A stretch of DNA of 64,000 nt from the human T2T-CHM13v2.0 reference genome, Homo sapiens: assembly GCF_009914755.1 (NCBI RefSeq), contig NC_060925.1. One strand, given 5' to 3'. The position numbers were made by a program, and so were the translations under genes. Below are positions 61,311 to 64,000 of the stretch, one piece after another; within the stretch, counting starts at the first letter, position 1; each line of letters opens with the position of its first letter. Below the pieces are notes generated by a model. It was not told the origin of the DNA. It made no database searches and worked only from the letters and a program-made list of their open reading frames with translations.

Positions 61311-63713
61311 TCAATATTTGTTTAGTGCCTTTCATGTATCAGAATTCCTTGAGCAATTTGTTTGTTGTTTAGAGTATCGATAAAATGTCTGGTATATATA
61401 GAAGCCAGGGCCTAGTGTCACGCCCATCCTGGAAGCAAGGGTTTGTGTACCAGAGACACCCCACCACAGATTTTGTTCAAGAGCTGAACTGGTATTCTGG
61501 AAGGCAAGCAAAGCTGACCGTAATTAGTCTGCAGAAGTAGGAAAGGTGCTGTCTATGTAGTTTTGCTCCTTGTATTCATTTGCCTTCAAGATCATGCATA
61601 AAACATGTTTGCTTTAACTTTGGGCAAAGTTCAGCATACTGGAGCTGAAGGGAAATTCATCTTTCAGACAGGTGGTATGTGAGATTCTAAAACTGAGCAC
61701 AGGTCACAAAAGAGGTTTGCTTAAGAGTAGCGGAAGGATTCCTTCATGTTTTTTATGCCTGTCCCTCCCCATCCTTTCTCAGAAACGGCGCTTGATAAAA
61801 AAAAAATTTTTGGCTAAGTGGGTGCTTTATAGATGATGCAGATTATTCCAGAGGAAATAAATGCAGCATATAAGTTAATCAAAAGAATTTCCCCCGCGTT
61901 GACTTTCCTTCTTAGCTCTTTAATTAGCTATTCAAGAGCAGCACTCCTGCAAATGTCTAAAAATAGACAGAAGCCTGGTCAGGAACAAAGTAAAGCAACC
62001 TGTTTTCTCTTTATTTCAATAGTGGTTCAGAGTTGCACATTAGTGTCATAAAGCTGAGAGGTTTATAACATTTTTTTTTAAATTGTGCATCTATATAGAA
62101 AAGGCATGCCTAGAGGTTTTACTCATTTTAAAAGCATAGTATTACATTAATTTTGCATAGAACTTTGTAGCTTGCAAAGTACTTTAATATAAATAATACA
62201 ACTTTTCTTTTCTGGATACAAATAGGTAATATTAACATTAAAACCAAACATGGTCGCATCTTGACCCCATTTGTGCATACACTGGCAGTGCCTCTCATCT
62301 TTGTGTTTTATAAAGCTTGGAGGTGATGTTTGATTTTGTCTCAAAACATTGCGTGGCAGGTACTGTTATCCCAAGATGTCCATTGTTTTCTTTCTCTTCT
62401 GTTCTGGTTTGTTTTCTTCGTGTTCTCTGTCCTCCAAACTACTTTGAAAATGCCTCACAGGGACTGTAACAATGCTAAAATGACAGTGCTAATGTCCATG
62501 CTGACTCTTGTACCAGAGAGGTGCTGTGTTCCCCAGGGAAGTGGAGAGAATGCTTTGCTTTAACCAATTTTATGCTACATTTTCCTCCCTTCTTCTTCCA
62601 CATAATTGGATACTTATCACCAAGTACAGATTTTTTGAGCAGGCCCCCCATCAACTCGTAAGGCACACTCAGAAAAACCCTAGCACTGGGCCCAGTTTAG
62701 GCTGACACGGGAGGTTTTTCTGACAACCTTTTGAGACAGTTGGGGAAAGTCATTGTTTGTCCCATTTAACATATTAGAAACTAAAATACAAGGTAGTTGT
62801 TTTAAAAAATTTTTTAAACAATTATTAACAATTAGTTAAATTAGGGAATCAGATACATTTCTACTTATCTTAACCTGGATCTTTTCTATTATTTCTTTGT
62901 CTAAGCAGTAGCAGCTCTGTGGTGTAAGGATGTCTAATTGCCCCTAAATGAGAAAAGCTGCCCAGGCAGAGGTGAATTTCATGTGAGTGGTTTAGAGGCA
63001 GACAGAGGCTGGCCGCTGGTACATCGGAGTGATCAGATACCAGATGGGGAATATGAACTAGATAATCTCTATGATGACTTCCCAATCCTCTTTTGGTTTG
63101 TAATCCCACAGCTAAATCGAAAACCAAACAAACAACAATGTGGTTCTGCTGAAGGGAAGGGAAGGGTCTGGGCTTTTATTAAAAGAGGGGTGAGGGGCAC
63201 TGGGAGGAATATACAAAGCAAAGTGGTTGATGATATCTCAGAGAAAGGCAGAGGGAATGGCTTCTCAGCTTACGTAAGGGCAGGGTGGAGAGAAGCAGAT
63301 TGTGGATTAGTAACTCGATCTTAATGCAAGGGCAGAGAAGCATTGACCTGACTGTAAGTCTTCCCTGGCTGCAGAAATTTGAAGATAAAATAACGAAACA
63401 GGGTAAGGAGGGGACTGCCAGGTGCAGGTTCAAGAGTGGAGTGGGAGCAAAGTGTTTAGTTCAGAGGCAGCTCCACCAGACAGAGGAGTCTCAGAACACT
63501 CTCCAATTTAATTTTGGCTCCCTGTCCATGTCTAGGGGCAGCACCACCTAACAGACACCAGAGCAGTATCATTGGTAATGGTGGAACAAAACTCTCTAAT
63601 ACGCAGTAGCCAATCAGGGGAATTCAGCCTCACAGGAAAGAAGAAAGACAAATGACAGTTTGACACTTCCAGAAATCCCCTCTTCTAAGGCCCTCATTTT
63701 GAATAAACATTAA

Positions 63714-64000
<287 letters not shown>

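Noticed and set aside
62385-62663. Long pyrimidine tract, cacAG at 62460 and GTAAGG at ~62658 as a possible exon
   Set aside because: Tract is displaced from the AG, donor is weak, and there is no supporting ORF.

Overview
Gene-poor, AT-rich primate (human/great-ape-like) genomic DNA dominated by nested transposable elements. I see no cellular protein-coding exon, CpG island, tRNA or rRNA. Almost every long ORF in the track is an L1, THE1 or Alu remnant. Layout: (1) an old minus-strand L1 (1-8360, 3' end off-window) interrupted by an Alu and a full THE1A provirus, next to an ERV1 internal remnant. (2) A twin-primed, 5'-inverted L1 (17.2-18.2 kb) and an ERV1 solo LTR. (3) An ancient MLT1 LTR split over 15 kb by a MER39-like ERV1 provirus (21312-29942) and a full-length L1PA4/5-like element (30067-36220); the provirus has a Lys-tRNA PBS and carries Tigger1, a second LTR and 4 Alus. 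(4) A truncated and a full-length L1PA2-like element (42018-42787 +, 47974-54043 -). (5) Many MIR, L2, MER and MLT fragments. Structure not explained by the repeat list: a near-perfect 30-bp-stem hairpin created by inverted duplication in only one ERV LTR, whose 3' arm would carry the AAGUGCU (miR-302/372-type) seed; several further locally templated inverted insertions; a 255-bp local copy-paste flanked by a 10-bp direct repeat; short tracts of shared non-consensus variants among three neighbouring L1s, suggesting ectopic gene conversion; and an open, extended ORF0. Repeat subfamily names and consensus comparisons are from memory and need RepeatMasker/Dfam confirmation.
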